A stretch of 64,000 nt of DNA from Leucoraja ocellata (Eukaryota), in assembly GCA_036785375.1 (NCBI GenBank), contig JAWMAR010000715.1, forward strand, positions 62,001-126,000, in the 5' to 3' direction. Positions within the stretch are counted from its first letter, which is position 1; the number at the start of each line of letters is the position of its first letter. A program made the translations under genes and the position numbers. Under the pieces are notes generated by a model that was not told the origin of the DNA, ran no database searches, and worked only from the letters and a program-made list of their open reading frames with translations. Of the stretch, positions 1 through 12,040 are shown piece by piece.

Positions 1-181
1 AAGGGCCGGTTTTCCTGCTGTATCTTTAAAGTAAAACTTAAAAATAAATGTGATTAATAGGCAGCTGGTTCTCACTGGCCAATATCCCAGGGAAACGTAG
101 ATCTGAGCCAAATGGCTGATGGTCCTCTCTCCTTGACCTTCATCACAGCTTGTGAGTACACTGAGCTGCCACGTAACACAT

Positions 182-759
182 TGTTACGACTCCCGAATGC
201 AGGTACTTCAGAGCCGCGTAACATAATTCAAAAACCAGGTTCAAGTTCAAAAATCTTTTAATTCAATGGAACACAAAACCCAAACCTGATTTAAACAACC
301 CAGTCAGGGATATGGATGGACTAACAAACAATTAAACAGTGCTCCAGCCAGCCACATAATGGACCGTCGAACCAGAGACTCTAAAACCTGCCTAAAGAAA
401 TATAACCCTGAAACAAAATACACGAAAACACTAAGGTCAGCCCTTATCCATCCCAATTCAATATTTGTTAACAAGTAATGGTGAAAGTACACAAAGTTCT
501 ATGCCATGTGGCCAGGCCTTCCTCAGCTCACACCAGCAGACTGCTCACATGTCAGGGTCGACGAAGAAGAGAGAGAATCCTGGGAAACTCTGGTATTTAA
601 GATGCAGATGAGTCACCCGTCACCTGACGCAGCTTGGCCAATCGGGTACAGGAGCCTTTAGCCCCTTGATTCCAGACTCACAGCCACGAGGCCTGTACTC
701 GGGGGAGAAACAGAGAAAGGTAAGTACATAGCATTCACCAGGGGGGGGAGCGCCTAACA
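182..759 (-). mobile_element. Solo LTR of an LTR retrotransposon/ERV (~578 bp)
   Basis: Termini TGTTA...TAACA (182-186 / 755-759); near-perfect 5-bp TSD CACAT (177-181) / CAGAT (760-764). Read on the minus strand: inverted CCAAT (~638-642), TTAAATA TATA-like (~600), ATTAAA poly(A)-like (~257-262). TGAGTCA AP-1 site ~609-615. No internal coding sequence. Confidence 0.6.
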
Positions 760-837
760 CAGATAGACCATCCTCACTGAAAAATACACCAACAAAACCA
801 CTAGGTAACAGAGTTTCTGTCAATGCACTGCTGGAAT

Positions 838-1153
838 TTTTAGTTTAGTTTAGTTTAGTTCACAGATACCGCGTGAAAATATGTCCTTCTGCCCACCGGG
901 TCCGCGCCGACCAGCGATCCCCGCACATTAACACTTCCCACCCACACTGGGGAATTTTTTTTTACATTTACCAGGTCAATTAACCTACATGGCTGTATGT
1001 CTTTGGAGTGTGGGAGGAAACCGAAGATCTCGGAAAAAAATCCCACGCAGTCATGGGGAGAACGTACAAACTCCATACAGACAGCACCCGTAGTCGTGAT
1101 CGAACCCGGGTCTCCGGCGCTGCAGGCACTGAAAGGCAGCAATTCTACCGCTG
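838..1153 (-). mobile_element. tRNA-derived V-SINE (HE1-like)
   Basis: Reverse strand has B box GGTTCGATC, V-domain GGAGTTTGTACGTTCTCCCC...GGTTTCCTCCCACACTCCAAAGAC and a (CTAAA)n tail. Confidence 0.85.
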
Positions 1154-2209
1154 TCCCATGAGCCGTATCCTTTCAAGGTGATTTGTAGTTTACACTGAAC
1201 ACAAATCTCATTTGGTCAATGGTTCTTTTATTACCATGTGCACTAAAGTACAGTAAAATACATTTGCAGAATTTGCAGCAGTTTCTGACATTTTAAATAA
1301 AGGGTTGCTTTGATTTCAGAGTTTCTCTCAATTAGAATTGAATCTAAGGAGGATTAGACATTATTGCCTGGGTCTGTGGCGATCTTGACCAAGTTAACTC
1401 CAATGCAATGAGTTTCATTTCCTTTGAAATGCAGGGTTGATCTGATTTTTCTCTCTTAAGACCAAGACAATTTAGTATGCTGAATGAAGAATTCTGTAGA
1501 ATCTGTTCTAAACTTACATTCAGCTAAAGATTTGAAAGCTGCATATCTGGGAGGTATGATAGGAAACTATGACAAGATACATAAAATGAAGGCATCTTGT
1601 TTTAAAGGAAGATGGAAGCATTTTAGAATTGGAACCCAAACTCTTGGAGCAAAATAGAACAGGCTTTGCTCTAAACCTAACAATGATGTCTCTAATTGAT
1701 TGAACCCCATTGCTTGGCACAAACCCTCTTCGTCTAATTCCACATCAACAGAAATAAATGTTGAGCTGAAACATAATGCCACAATATTCCATCTACTGTT
1801 GGATTCCAGTTCACCATGTTCAGAAGCGCCAGATATATTTCTGCACTGCATCCAAACAATAAAACAGGAGTTAATCAAGATAATTTTGTTTTTTATTTCC
1901 TGGTTCTCTCTTTTCTCCTAAAGACAACGAGTCTCATGGGTATGACTTCACATGTACTTGTATTCACCTCGATAAGATCATCCCTCAGACTCCTATGCTC
2001 CCAGGAATAAGGTCCTAGCCTGCCCAACTTCGACCCTTTGGCTCAGGCCCTTGTGTTCTGGCAACACTCTTGTAAATCTTTTCTGCACAAATGGCGGTTG
2101 CTCGTGGACAAGTTGAATAAGTAGATTTTGGCTCCTTTCCATAGTATCTGCTGCTATGGTTGCCCTTTGAGTTAGATGGTGACTGTAGGATGGCTCCTCA
2201 GTTCCCTCT

Positions 2210-2510
2210 AGTTGGCATCACAGGTGGACAGGGTGGTGAAGAAGGCTTTTGGCATGCTTAACTCCAAGGCGTAGAAGTTGAGACATTATGTTATAGGTGT
2301 ACGAGATGTTGGTGAGGCTCCACTTGGGGTGTTATTTTCAGTTTTGAGTCACCTTACTATGGGAAAGATGTAATTAAGCTGAAAAGATGCTGGTAAATAT
2401 TTACAAGGATACTGCCAGGACCTGAGGGCCTGAGCTACAAGGAGAGGTTGAGCAGGCTGGTATTTTATTTCTTTGATGTGTAGGAGACTGTAAGGAATCT
2501 TGTAGATGAC
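2210..2510 (+). mobile_element. CR1 LINE 3' fragment (degenerate)
   Basis: Decayed CR1 ORF2 C-terminal sequence (LVRPHLEY-like to ERLSRLG-like), similar to other copies in the window. Confidence 0.65.
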
Positions 2511-2747
2511 CCAAGATGGCACCAAAGCCACGGGACTCTTTGCGTGCTGGTCCCATTCTAGCACGGCTATCATTCATTACTATCACTCCACAAAGGGATG
2601 ATCTTGCCTCTTTTGTGCCCTAAATAATTCTATGATTCAATCCTCTTTTCCTCTCCTTTTAAAGCTCTTACATGAGCGAGTAGCAAATGTGGCAACAAGG
2701 ATGTGGGTTCTAAAAGAACACCATAACAAAGTATTATTCCACATGCT

Positions 2748-3027
2748 GAAGATAGACACAAAACGGTGGAGTAACTCAGCAGGATAGGCAGTATCTCTGG
2801 AGAGAAGGAATGGGTGACGTTTTCGGGTCTTGACCCTTCTTCGGATTAGTCAGGGGAAAGGGAAATGAGAGATATAGACAGTGATGTAGAGAGATATAGA
2901 ACAAATTAATGAAAGATATGCAAAAAAGTAATGACGATAAAGGGAACAGGCCATTGTAAACTGTCCTGCTGAGTTACTCCAGCATTTTGTGTCTATCTCG
3001 GTTCAAATCAGAATCTGCAGTTCCTTC
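2748..3027. mobile_element. Penelope-derived short inverted-repeat element (hammerhead core degenerate)
   Basis: Family arms AGACACAAAA-GCTGGAGTAACTCAGC...GCTGAGTTACTCCAGC; 12-bp TSD ATTCCACATGCT (2736-2747 / 3028-3039); internal part matches the pLTR at 57.0-57.1 kb. Confidence 0.8.
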
Positions 3028-3329
3028 ATTCCACATGCTATTACTTGATCTAACAGTCACAACACCAAGTGTGGAAATGGGGGAATAGTAATCGGTGTTT
3101 AAATATGTACAGGTCCACCACTGATTTTTCCAGCTGCCTCCCCCACCTCCACAAAAGTCCCCCTAAAAACATGGTGTCTAGGTCTACCCTGATGTGCCAC
3201 CGTAAGCATCTTATATGTTTCAATGTAATCACCAACCTCCTATTCATCCAAAAACTAAATAAATTTAGATCTGATCTCTTTAGCTGCTCATGATAGAAAC
3301 CATGCTCTCATCCCATACATTTATTTTGG

Positions 3330-3855
3330 ACTTTCACTAATGCTAGTGTTTTCTTTCTTCAATAAGAGGACCAAAACAGTGCACAATACTCCAGATGTGG
3401 CCTTCATAAGTTCTAGGAGCAGAATTAGTCCATTCAGCCCATCAAATCTACTCTGCCATTCAACCATGGCTGACCTATCTTCCCCTCTCAGCCCCATTTC
3501 CCTGCTTTCTCCCCATAACTCCTGATACCCAAGGTAGACACAAAAATCCGGAGTAACTCAGCGGGACAGGCAGCATCTCTGGAGAGAAGGACTGGGTGAC
3601 GTTTCAGTTCGACACCCTTCTTCCTGACACCCATACTAATCAAGTATCTGTCAATCTCCACCTTAAAAATATCCATTGACTTGGCCTCCACAGCCGTCTG
3701 TGGCTATAAATTCCACGATTCACCACTCTCTGACTAAAGAAATTCCTCCTCATCTTCTTGCTAAAGATACGTCCTTTTATTCTGAGGCTATAACCTCTGC
3801 TCCTTGGCTCTCCCAGTAGTGGAAACATCTTCTCCACATTCACTCTATCCAGGAC
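3330..3855 (-). mobile_element. CR1 LINE 3' end, interrupted by a Penelope-derived element (3531-3622)
   Basis: ORF 3640..3843 (VEKMFPLLGE...RIKG...RRNFFSQRVVN) is the CR1 C-terminus. The insert is flanked by CCTGATACCC / CCTGACACCC (3521-3530 / 3623-3632). Confidence 0.8.
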
Positions 3856-4399
3856 TTAATGATACCCTATACAATTGTAACCAACTCTCAGAAAAGTCAT
3901 GTTAGAACTCACTCATTTGACTCATCCATGAAGAAAGGTCATTCAGACAAATGCTGGCGGAGTCTCTGGAAGTAGAGACAAAAACAAGAAGTAAAATAAA
4001 ATTAAATTGGATCCCTTTATTGTTTGGATGCATTGGAAAACAAAATATCCCGGGCAGTTCCAAAGAAGATTAACAGGAGAGCAACAAGTTGACAGAATAT
4101 AATAGGTTTATGTTTCAGCTCACAGTGTGATTATTGATGCAGAACTGGGAACAAACATTGATTGAAGACACATGTTGAGCCTGCGTGTGGATTTGGTTGC
4201 TTAACCACGTGACCCTTGGCGTGTACCTCACAACAACATTTCACGAGCTTTGGTTTAAAGGAAATTTTGAAAACACAACAGAATTATTTACAAGGGTAGC
4301 AAGTGAAGAACAGCTGGTCTTAATTGGCTCCGAGCTTTGAGGTCCTCTCGAAGCCTGTTTTCATCTTGGAAGTAAAATGGATATCTATTTCAGTGCACT

Positions 4400-4499
4400 A
4401 GAAGAAGGGTCTGAAGAAGGGTTTCAGACCGAAACGTTGCCTATTTCCTTCGCTCCATAGATGCTGCTGCACCCGCTGAGTTTCTCCAGCATTTTTGTG
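4400..4499 (+). mobile_element. Penelope-derived element with hammerhead core
   Basis: GGGT-CTGAAGA-AGGGTTTCAGACC-GAAAC-GTT-GCCT; exact 14-bp TSD TATTTCAGTGCACT (4386-4399 / 4500-4513). Confidence 0.85.
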
Positions 4500-4727
4500 T
4501 ATTTCAGTGCACTGTTGGGGTGGAGGGGGAAGGGGGGAAGAAGAGGATGGTAGTGTTGTCCTGAGGTTAAATAAATTGATCGGTTTCCTCCTTATGGTGT
4601 AGCATATGACAGCTTGAAAATAACAAAGCATTGGTTTATTTGGGGAAAATCAGTTTTGATAAACCAAATCACCTTTATTATAATATTGAATGGAATCACC
4701 AATGGCTCATTTGACAGCACCATTCAT

Positions 4728-5043
4728 GGCCAGCACGGTGGCATAGCAATAGAGCTACTGCCTGACAGCATCAGAGACCTGGGTTCGATCCTGACAACAG
4801 GTGCTGTGTGTACGAAGTTCGTACATTCTCCCCATGACCTGCGTGGGTTTTGTCTGAGGTCTTCGGTTTCCTTCCACACTCCAAAGACGCACAGGTTTGT
4901 AGGTTAATTGGCTTGGTATAATTGTAAATTGTCCCTAGTGTGTGTAGGATAGTGTTAGTGTGAGGGGATTACTGGTCGACACGAACTCGATTGACCAAAA
5001 GGCTTGTTTCCACACTGCATCTCCAAACTAAACTAAACTAAAC
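4728..5043 (+). mobile_element. tRNA-derived V-SINE (HE1-like)
   Basis: A-box-like GGTGGCATAGCAAT, B box GGTTCGATCC, V-domain, (AAACT)n tail. Confidence 0.85.
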
Positions 5044-5289
5044 CTGCACACTTTGTAGGTCCTAGACCAATCCAGGACCTCAAATGAGACTGATGGAGAA
5101 AGACCATGCACTACCCCAGGGAGGCTGCTGCACCATTAGAGATTCTATCCAATGGATGAAATATTAAACAGCATTCTACCTGCCTCTTTTGAAGGAATTT
5201 ATTCCCTTTGACCTGACCAACGTTCACCCTTCAATCAACATGAAAACAGTTTACCTAACCAATTATCCCAATGCTCTGTGCAAGCTTAA

Positions 5290-5498
5290 AGGGCCTGTCC
5301 CACTTAAGCGATTTTTTTTTAGGCGACTGCCGAAACTTTTTCAACATGTTGAAAATGTTTCTACAACAGTGGTGCCAATTTGGGCTGTCGTAGGTTGTTG
5401 CCAGGTGATGTAGGTTGTCGCCAGTGCTGACTTCGGTGAATTCCATCGTCCTAGTCGCTGGCAGTCGCCTAAAACATCGCCTAAGTGGGACAGGCCCA
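5290..5498. mobile_element. MITE, PIF/Harbinger-like
   Basis: TIRs GGGCCTGTCCCACTTA / TAAGTGGGACAGGCCC extended by AGGCGACTGCC / GGCAGTCGCCT; TAA and TTA flanks; no ORF. Confidence 0.8.
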
Positions 5499-5502
5499 TT
5501 AC

Positions 5503-5787
5503 TTTACTGTAGAGATGCAGCGTGAAAACAGGCCCTTCAGCCCATGGAGTCCCTGCCAACCAGCGATCACATACACTACCTACGCACTTGGGACAATTTA
5601 CAGAAACCAATTAACCGACAAACCTATACATCTTTGGAGTGTGGGAGGAAACCGGAGCACCAGGAGAAATCCCACACGGTTACAGGGAGAACGTATAAAC
5701 TCCGTTATGGATAGCACCCGCAGTCAGGATCGAACCCAGTTCTCTGGCGCTGTAAAGCAGTAACTCTACTGCTGCGCCACCATGCCT
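5503..5787 (-). mobile_element. tRNA-derived V-SINE (HE1-like)
   Basis: Reverse complement of the same A box / B box / V-domain consensus. Confidence 0.85.
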
Positions 5788-6199
5788 CCCTAAAGCTGAC
5801 TGCCCCATTCCCCACGTTACACTGATGACTGGACTTTTCATAAGCAGCAGGATGTCTGGGGATTGTAAAAGGTATAAATGAAAATCCATGTTGTTGTGTG
5901 TTAGCCAATTTTACTGAATAACTGTTACACTGCCATGAATAGACCTCATCTGATTGATAAAGTTCAATTACAGAATAGACCTTCAAACACTGCACTTACC
6001 TTCTGCTGGTTCCTGTTATATAGTCTATGTGTGCCAGACAGATGAGGGCATTGACTGTAAATAGTCTGCCACCCCTCATACATGAAGATGGTATGTGTCC
6101 GTGAAGTAGTGATGGATAGTCACTGTCTGTGCTGCTGCCTTCGTACAAGTGCCAGCTTAGTTGTGCAGCTCGTAGAACCTTAAGTGTGTGAAACCTGAA

Positions 6200-6702
6200 G
6201 TTGTTATAAGAAAGATGGTGTCAAGCTGGAAAGGGTGCAGAGACTATTTACGAAGATGTTGCCAGGAATCGAGGGCCAGAGCTACAGGGAGAGGTTGAGC
6301 AGGCCAGGACTCTATTCATTGGAGCGCAGGAGAATGAGGGGTGATCTTATAAGGGTGTACAAAATCATAGATTAGGTAAACGCACAGAGTATTTTGCCCA
6401 GACTAGGGGAATCGAGAACCAGAGGACATAGGTTTAAAGGGAGGGGAGAAAGATTGAATAGGAATCTGCGGGGTAACTTTTTTTTTTACACAAAGGGTGG
6501 TGGGTGTATGGACGAGCTGCCAGAGGAGGTAGTTGAGGCACATACTATCGCACGTTTAATAAGCAGTTAGACAGGTACATGGATAGGACAGGTTTGGAGG
6601 AATATTGGCCAAATACAGGCAGATGGGACTAGTGTGAATGGGGCATGTTGGTCGGTGTGGGCAAGTTGGGCTGAGGGGCCTGTTTCCGCACTCTATGACT
6701 CT
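6200..6702 (+). mobile_element. CR1 LINE 3' end
   Basis: KLERVQ..FT..LPG..G.SY.ERL..GLYSLE.RRMRGDL-type remnant, CR1 3' UTR and CTATGACT tail. Confidence 0.85.
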
Positions 6703-6951
6703 GTGTGTGGTCCATGAGAAGGTGGTGGTGATTCACCTTCTCAAGGTACTGTCTGACGATGATGATTGTTCCACATGTTGAGGAGAGACGTCCAATATGA
6801 GAGACAAAGATGGGATCGGCCTAATAGTCAGAACCTATTATTCAGGTTGGAAATGGCAAAGACTAAAGGGCTCAGCTTTAAGGTGAGATGGCCAAAGTTT
6901 AAAGGAGATGTGTGGGCATGTTATTTTCTTCACGGAGAGTGGTGGGTCTAA

Positions 6952-7283
6952 TGCCCCTGTCCCACTTAGGAAACCTGAACGGAAACCTCTGGAGACTTTG
7001 CGCCCCACCCAAGGTTTCCGTGCGGTTCCTGGAGTTTTTTGTCAGTCTCCCTAATGGTCGAAAGTGGTTTCCGCTTCTTCTATGTTCCAACAATTATTTC
7101 AAAAAATTAAAAAACGGCCACGACTAAAAATAGGTTGCCGTTTTAAAAATCGGTAATTTTTTAGTCAAAACCGGTTGCGATGCTAGTTGAAGGTGGTTGC
7201 CGGAGGTTGCAGGTAGTGGAAGGTCTTACCTTCCACTACGCGCAACCTCCGGCAACCACCTTCAACCTCCGGTATCCACCTTC
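6952..7283. mobile_element. Truncated Harbinger-like MITE with internal 39-bp-arm hairpin, following a CR1 fragment
   Basis: TAA followed by left TIR TGCCCCTGTCCCACTTAGG; no right TIR; palindrome at 7186-7266. Confidence 0.65.
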
Positions 7284-9082
7284 ATTCTTGTGCTGTACTT
7301 TTGTATGTTCTCTGTTCTGCCATCCCATTCACCACCGTACATGGTTGCTGTAGTTTGAACCATCACCAGAATGTCTAAGTAACCTACCAAGGGTTAGCAA
7401 ACTAGTTACCAACTTCCTAACTAGACAAGCCACCTCCATCATCAAGCAAGACAAGCGTGGTAGGTGCATTGGAACACCACCAACTACAGATTCCCTCCTA
7501 GACAGACACCATCTTGAGTTGGAACTGCACTGTTGCTCATTCACCTGCAGAGTCGTCCAACTCAATGTGTAGGAAAGAACCGCAGATGCTGGTTAAATCG
7601 AAGGTGGACACAAAATGCTGGAGTAACTCAGCGGGACTGGTTGTGTGTAACCCCAACTCAATAGGCTGTGAGAGAAGATATGGGATTTCAGCACTTCACA
7701 AAGTTGCTTTAACTGCCTTTTCAAGACCAGCAGTGATGGACAATAAATGCTGCCCTTCCTGGCAATGTCTGTGCCACCAAAAATTAAATGTAAATAATAC
7801 ATTTTTTGCAATGACAAAGAACAGTAATATAAGTCCGTGTCAGGATAGTGCATGGCTCAAACTGCCCTTGTCTTTCCAGATGGTAAAGATTACTGTACCA
7901 TTTTTTTAATTTAACTTGTTGTTTGCCAGGATTTAAGTACGAATGCTGCGAAATTGGATCAATTTTCATATGCTTTTAGGTGGAAATCAAACATCGCTGC
8001 GTTTCATAACTCACGGAAAGTAAGCAGCAAAGCCTGCGGCAGGTTGGCAAGGAGACATGACGTGAAGGGTCTGGAATGTTCCATCAGTGTGTTGGTCTCT
8101 GGCTTCAGTTTTTTCTTCGTCATTGCATTTCCAGCAAGATGACTGAGCGTGCATTAACTTCTGGCAATCCCGCATAACTCGCTGCGACAGATGCATGTTG
8201 CACGCTTTGCCAGGGATGAGACCATGGCTCCCAGTGGCTTGGGACCTGCTCTGGCATCTCTGGCTTTGCCCCGGCCACTCAGTCTTAGCCTCAGTAGAGG
8301 CGCTGGGTGTCCAGGGTTTCTACCCGGCAACCCAGTCTTGACCATACGGTGGCGCTGTTGATCTTGGGCTTGTCCCAGTGGCTCAGTTCTCCTCGAACCC
8401 GCGACAAGGGACCACAGCAAGCAGGGAGGCAGCCCACCTTGTCCCCCTTCCTCTCGCTCTTCTTTCTTCTTCTCTCCTGCTTCTTCCTTCTCTCTTCTAG
8501 TCTGTGGGTAAAATGCCTGGGGTTTTATAGAGAGAAGGCTGACAAGGTTCAAATGGACAACCAATGCTTGAACTTAGCTATTACCTATTATGCTGGGGAT
8601 TGCACCTCTCTACCTGTCCAAGTGTCTTTTAAATGTTCTTATAGTCTGCTATCATCCCGTGGGCACCTTTCCATCAATTCGGGTCCCTTGGAACAACATT
8701 CTGAAATAATAATTGATCATAACTGAGCAAAACTCCAGAATATTCCCCTGCTTCTGCACCAACTCCCCCTCACCTCTGATTCTCATGACTTCTTGGCTCT
8801 GGAAACCTTTCACTGGCACGTTTGGGAGAACCTTGTTGTGACCAGGCCAACAATAATTCACCGACGAACACTGCAAATAAAAGAGGTTGGCGCAGCACGA
8901 CAACTAATGGGAGCAAGCTCTCCAGAAACCTTCCCTCATGTTTCCTACATTGCAACAGAGAATGCTAATTCAGAGCAAAACTCTATCGGCAGTAAAGTTC
9001 TCAAAGGTATTCTGAAGTTATGAGGTGCAATAGAAATACAACTCACTTACTGGCCTAATTTGGTTGTGTACATGTTCCTTAA

Positions 9083-9560
9083 AGGGGCTGTCCCACTTGG
9101 GCAACCTAATTGGCGAGTTTAGAAGAGTTTGAAAAAATGACATGTTGTAGACCTCCTTCGACCTCCTTCGACTATGTTGAAGACTAGCTTCGACTAACTT
9201 AGGGAAAATTGGACACCGAATAGTGGAGATTGAAGACGACTTCCTTTGATCTCGTCCGACCTCCCTTCGACTATGATGAAGACTATCTACGACTACCTTC
9301 GATTACCCTCAATTACCTACGACTAACATGCCGACCTACTACAAACCTACTACGACTAAACCTACGAGTAAAAAAAGTATTGATTTTTTCCATGGCAACC
9401 TTTTTTACTCGCGGGCATTTTTTAACATATTGAAAAAAACGCCGCGACCTAGCTGAGGCCTCGAGTACACGAGGACTACTCTTGAGCATGAAGGAGAGTT
9501 AAGAAGACCTCCTACGACCTCGTGTCAACCATGCTGCGAGTATGAGTCGAGGGCAAACTC
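9083..9560. mobile_element. Truncated Harbinger-like MITE with CGAC-rich sub-repeats
   Basis: TAA followed by AGGGGCTGTCCCACTTGGGC; many CTTCGACT / CCTACGAC sub-repeats; right TIR absent. Confidence 0.65.
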
Positions 9561-9925
9561 ACCCCTCCATGTAATCCGACCCCTCCATTCCCTGAGAATC
9601 CATGTAGCTATCTACAACACTATTAAACATCACCATTGTATACACCTCCATCACCACCCCTGGCCATGTGCTCTGGGCACCCACCACTCTATGTGTATAA
9701 AAACTTCCCCTGCACATCTCCTTTAATCTTTTCCCCTGTTACTTTGAAGCTGTGCCCTTTGGTCTTTGACATTTCCACCCTGGGATAAAGGTTCTGACTG
9801 TCTTCCCTATTTGTACCTTTTATCACATCTCCCCTCAACCTCCTGTGCTCCAGATAAAACAATCTAAGATTGTCCAACCTCTTTTTATAGCTGAAACCCT
9901 CTAATCCAGGCAGCATTCTGGTAGA
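9560..9925 (-). mobile_element. CR1 LINE 3' fragment
   Basis: ORF 9689..9916 MLPGLEGFSYKKRLDNLRLFYLEHRRLRGD is the CR1 ORF2 C-terminus. Confidence 0.85.
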
Positions 9926-10339
9926 AAGATTAAAAGTATAACCAAAATATCATTTTAAATTAAAAATAATTTTCTATCCTTTAAGCAGATCCACAAAAAA
10001 CGATCCAAAATTTCAGTGTCTGTTTGTCTTAATAAAGAATATTAACATAAAATTATTTACTGCTTTTAATTTTTGCTTCATTTTCCAGGTCCATTTGTGA
10101 CCAAAGACAATCTGTCCCGGAACCACTGATGTTGTCATTGCATTCATTTCCACTAGGAGGAGCACCTGAGATGTTTAGAAAGATTGCTCCAAATTTTTAT
10201 TCAACTCTTTGGCAATAAATTGACCTTGGCACTATAGTGCTGTGGTGTGCGTAGGGAATGGGTGGGGTGAAGCTTCCCCCACCCTCTCCCACTGACCGTC
10301 CAAGTTTCTATGAGGATATTCATGCACACACTAATATTT

Positions 10340-10700
10340 GACCCATAACATGAGAGGAATAGATCGGGAAGATGCACAGACCCTCTTGCCCAGAGTAGGT
10401 GAATTGAGGGCCGGAGGACATAGGTTTAAGGTGAAGGGGAAAGGATTTAATAGGAATCTGAGGGGTAACTCTTCAACACAAAGGGTGGTGGATGTATGGA
10501 ACAAGCTGCCAGAGGAGGGAGTTGAGGCAAGGACTATCCTAACACTTAAGAAATAGTTGGACAGGTAGATGGATAGGACAGGTTTAGAGGGATATGGACC
10601 AAATGGGACCAAAATGGGACATGTTGGCCGGTGTGAGTAAATTAGGCCAACAGGCCCGTTTCCACACTGTATCTATCGCTCAATGCGTATATGACTCTAA
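10340..10700 (+). mobile_element. CR1 LINE 3' end
   Basis: ORF 10338..10556 MRGIDR...GHRFKVKG...RVVDVWNKLPEE. Confidence 0.85.
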
Positions 10701-10855
10701 TATGAAAGACCAGTTTTTGTTACCCTCTAAAGTTAAATTCCCCAAGAGGCCAAGTTGAAGCCAAGGTTAGATAGAAACTTATCATATCAGAGGTACAAAA
10801 TGACAACCTGCTTCCATTATTTATATCACAATTCAGCTTAAGTATAGAGGGCTGT

Positions 10856-11050
10856 TCAAGAAGGAACAGCAGATGCTGGAAATCAAAGGTAGACAAAAGT
10901 GCTGGAGAAGCTCAGCAGGTGCGGCAGCATCTGTGGAGCGAAGGAAATAGGCAACGTCTGAAGAAGGGTTTCAGCCCAAAACATTGTCTATTTCCTTCGC
11001 TCCATAGATGCTGCCGCACCCGCTGAGTTTCTCCAGCACTTTTGTCTACC
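10856..11050. mobile_element. Penelope-derived palindromic element
   Basis: Inverted arms around CTGAAGAAGGGTTTCAGCCCAAAAC; 17-bp TSD, 15/17 identical (10839-10855 / 11051-11067). Confidence 0.8.
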
Positions 11051-11845
11051 TAAGTATTGAGAGCTGTGGGCCAAACGCAAGCAGGTGAGACTAGTGGAGA
11101 TGGAACATCTTCGTTGGCATGTGCAACTTGGGCTGAAGGGACAGTTTACTTGCTATATAACTTCATAACTCTATAATTCAGATTCTTGGTCAAAAAACCC
11201 CAACATCTGGTGCAGTTTGAAGTGATTATATAAGATTAAAAATAAAACAAGAAATTCAGCTAGACTTGCTCCAAATTGTAACTCCTCATAGATTAGCATT
11301 TGTTTCTATTGGAATTGGTTACTGACTTAAAACTGTGTTAAATTTGACTAATTTCCACTTGAGAGATAGTTTTGAAATTCCAAAATAGCTGGGAAAACCA
11401 TAAACTGGCCATGCCTGTGCTTGGAGGTCTTTTTGTTGAATGCTTTGGCAGAATACCTCATCAACACCAGGACTTCCAAATAAGCACCAAGTTCTTTCTT
11501 GGCCAGTGGTTAGATGGGTCCTTCCTGTCAGCTCATTCATACGCTGCTGGAGTCTCTGGAACAAATATTGTGCATTCATCCTAGCTATTCCCCATATAAT
11601 TTCACACACCTATATGAGATTACCCCTCATCCTCCTGCGCTCAAAGGATTAAAGTCCTAGTCTGACCAACATCTCCTTAGGCCCTCGAGTCCTGGCAACA
11701 TGCTTGTAAATCTTCTTTGAATGTTTCCAGCTTAAAGGCATCTTTCCTACAGCAGGGTGACCAATAAAGAACACAATACTCCAAATGTGGCCTCACCAAT
11801 ATCTTATATGACAGTAACACAACATCCCAACTTTTATACTCAATT

Positions 11846-12040
11846 ACACACTAAAAGCTGGAGTAACTCAGCGGGTCAGACAGCATCTGTGGAGAGAAGG
11901 AATGGGTGATGTTTCCGGTTGAGACCCTTCTTCAGTCTGATCAGTCTGAAGAAGGGTCTTGACCCGAAACGTCACCCATTCCTTCTCTCCAGAGAGGCTG
12001 CCTGGCCCACGGAGTTACTCCAGCAATTTGTGTCTATACC
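11846..12040. mobile_element. Fully palindromic Penelope-derived element
   Basis: ~85-bp inverted arms centred on CTGATCAG; 10-bp TSD ATACTCAATT (11836-11845 / 12041-12050); nested in CR1. Confidence 0.85.
11942..11978 (+). ncRNA. Minimal type-I hammerhead ribozyme motif (best-preserved core)
   Basis: CTGAAGA (11946-11952), extra A, stem II GGGT-CTTG-ACCC, GAAAC (11966-11970), GTC (predicted cleavage after C11973). Stem I is weak in this copy; activity untested. Confidence 0.65.

Noticed and set aside
1520-1921. ORFs of 66-103 aa bounded by minus-strand splice-like sites
   Set aside because: The listed frames stop before the donor and match no family I recognise.
1847-4032. 17-bp perfect inverted match TGCATCCAAACAATAAA (1847-1863) / TTTATTGTTTGGATGCA (4016-4032)
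   Set aside because: It does not extend convincingly and has no TSD; a single AT-rich 17-mer match is plausible by chance in 64 kb.
8154-9023. Cluster of 60-139 aa ORFs
   Set aside because: No recognisable domain, driven partly by a CT-rich tract. 8040-8240 may be a decayed RTE 3' end, but it is too degenerate to call.
9150-9370. Short repeated CTTCGACT/CCTACGAC units, superficially array-like
   Set aside because: Irregular sub-repeats within a MITE in a eukaryotic genome; no constant repeat-spacer structure, so not CRISPR.
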